Positions 63,212 to 64,000 of a stretch of DNA of 64,000 nucleotides are shown here, in pieces. A program made the translations under genes and the position numbers. Location: positions 1,147,039 through 1,211,038 of the forward strand of contig CAVVLV010000001.1 in assembly GCA_963749235.1 (NCBI GenBank), written 5' to 3'. The notes beneath the pieces were generated by a model that saw nothing but the letters and a program-made list of their open reading frames with translations, had not been told where the DNA came from and made no database searches. The stretch comes from an uncultured Thermoplasmata archaeon (GTDB lineage: Archaea; Thermoplasmatota; Thermoplasmata; Lutacidiplasmatales; UBA184). How positions within the stretch are numbered: position 1 is the stretch's first letter; each line of letters begins with the position of its first letter.

Positions 63212-64000
63212 CGGACCTCGTGCCCCGGCTTCCCCGCGGGACCGTCCCGGCCCTCCATCAGTTCCTCCGCGCGCATGCCGGTCCGCCGATGGCCGAGGGC
63301 GTCGTGATCGGCCTCTCGGGCGGGATCGACAGCGCGGTGACGGCCCGGGTTGCGCGCGATGCCCTGGGAGCCGAACGGGTCCTCGGGGTGCTCCTCCCGG
63401 ACGGCCCGTACTCCCCCGCCCTCCTCCGCGAGACGACTGAATTCGCCGACTCGCTCGGGATCGAGCACCGTACCATCCCTCTCGAACCCGCGCTGAGCGC
63501 CTTCCACGCGCTCCTGCCCGAGGTCCACGATCGGGTCACGCTCGGGAACGCGACCGCCCGCTTGCGGATGACCCTCCTCTACACGCTGGCGCGGGAACGC
63601 GGCCGCGTCGTGCTCGGGACGGGCAACAAGTCCGAGCTCCTCGTGGGGTACTTCACCAAGTATGGGGATGGCGGCGTGGACCTCGTCCCGCTCGGCGACC
63701 TCTACAAGACCCAGGTCCGGGCCCTCGCCGAGGAACTCGACCTTCCCGCGCCGATCCGCGACCGCCCGCCGACCGCGGGGTTCTGGGAGGGCCAGACCGA
63801 CGAAGCCGAGCTCGGGCTCCCGTACGAGCGCCTGGACCGGATCCTGTACGGGTTCGAGCAGCTTCGGACCGAAGAGGAGATCCATGCCCGGACGGGGATC
63901 GCGCTCGACGACATCCGCCGGGTCGCCGACCGGATCGCTCGGAACCGGCACAAACGGCGACCCCCGCCGATCCCCAAGCTCGGGCTCCGTACGGTCGGGC
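63208..64000 (+). CDS. nadE: NH3-dependent NAD+ synthetase, 3' end beyond the window
   Basis: Not in the ORF track because no stop lies in the window. GTGA overlap with the upstream stop. Manual translation gives VIGLSGGIDSAV (PP-loop), GTGNKSELLVGYFTKYGDGG, LGDLYKTQV. Confidence 0.85.
   Translation, partial: MTDLVPRLPRGTVPALHQFLRAHAGPPMAEGVVIGLSGGIDSAVTARVARDALGAERVLGVLLPDGPYSPALLRETTEFADSLGIEHRTIPLEPALSAFHALLPEVHDRVTLGNATARLRMTLLYTLARERGRVVLGTGNKSELLVGYFTKYGDGGVDLVPLGDLYKTQVRALAEELDLPAPIRDRPPTAGFWEGQTDEAELGLPYERLDRILYGFEQLRTEEEIHARTGIALDDIRRVADRIARNRHKRRPPPIPKLGLRTVG

Overview
This window is a high-GC archaeal chromosomal segment, densely packed with housekeeping genes. I found no mobile elements, CRISPR arrays or recognisable defence islands.

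Main blocks:
- **1-3.3 kb:** a methyltransferase, a crotonase and a tandem-GNAT gene.
- **3.4-16.0 kb:** an 11-gene nuoABCDHIJKLMN operon with no nuoEFG. It is tightly coupled to a geranylgeranyl-reductase paralogue and an IspB-like long-chain polyprenyl synthase.
- **16.5-20.5 kb:** a badly frameshifted nitrilase-superfamily gene, then topoisomerase VI B and A.
- **20.5-28.1 kb:** cysS, a small AsnC-type protein, a Bcp peroxiredoxin, an MMPL/RND transporter, cbf5, cmk and a DUF106 (YidC/EMC3-like) gene.
- **28.1-42.1 kb, minus strand:** the archaeal S10-spc-type ribosomal protein cluster, rpl3 through rpl15, then secY. It includes RNase P protein Rpp29.
- **42.4-48.9 kb:** small conserved families (DUF2203, DUF72, DUF99), a hypothetical protein and a GT4 glycosyltransferase.
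- **49.0-53.2 kb:** a mevalonate entry operon, HMG-CoA synthase-thiolase-DUF35, with a coupled DUF835 gene and an upstream HTH regulator.
- **53.5-64.0 kb:** a PAC2 chaperone, a class V aminotransferase, an M20 amidohydrolase, a HAD hydrolase, dnaK, citrate synthase, LSm, RbkR-type riboflavin kinase, a RaSEA-like radical SAM gene and nadE (partial).

Three results stand out:
1. **Interrupted tRNAs.** Two tRNA genes, Arg-UCU and Ala-GGC, are each interrupted by a ~32-nt hairpin intron at the same non-canonical T-loop position (59/60). Both introns share a GGAGAW 3' end and can form a relaxed bulge-helix-bulge structure with the T-arm.
2. **Frameshifts.** About 20 single-base frameshifts disrupt otherwise well-conserved genes. 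Ten sit within 1.3 kb, in the nitrilase-like gene and top6B. Five or six others sit in a G-run directly 5' of TAC (GGTAC). This points to systematic consensus error, possibly modification-linked, rather than gene decay.
3. **Architectural oddities.** NuoI carries a second 2x[4Fe-4S] module. The first NuoL helix is encoded in frame after the nuoK TAG, with no start codon. SecY has a 2-TM N-terminal extension and its own TATA box. uS5 has RG/RGG-repeat tails.

All calls come from reading and translating the sequence by eye. No database search was run.
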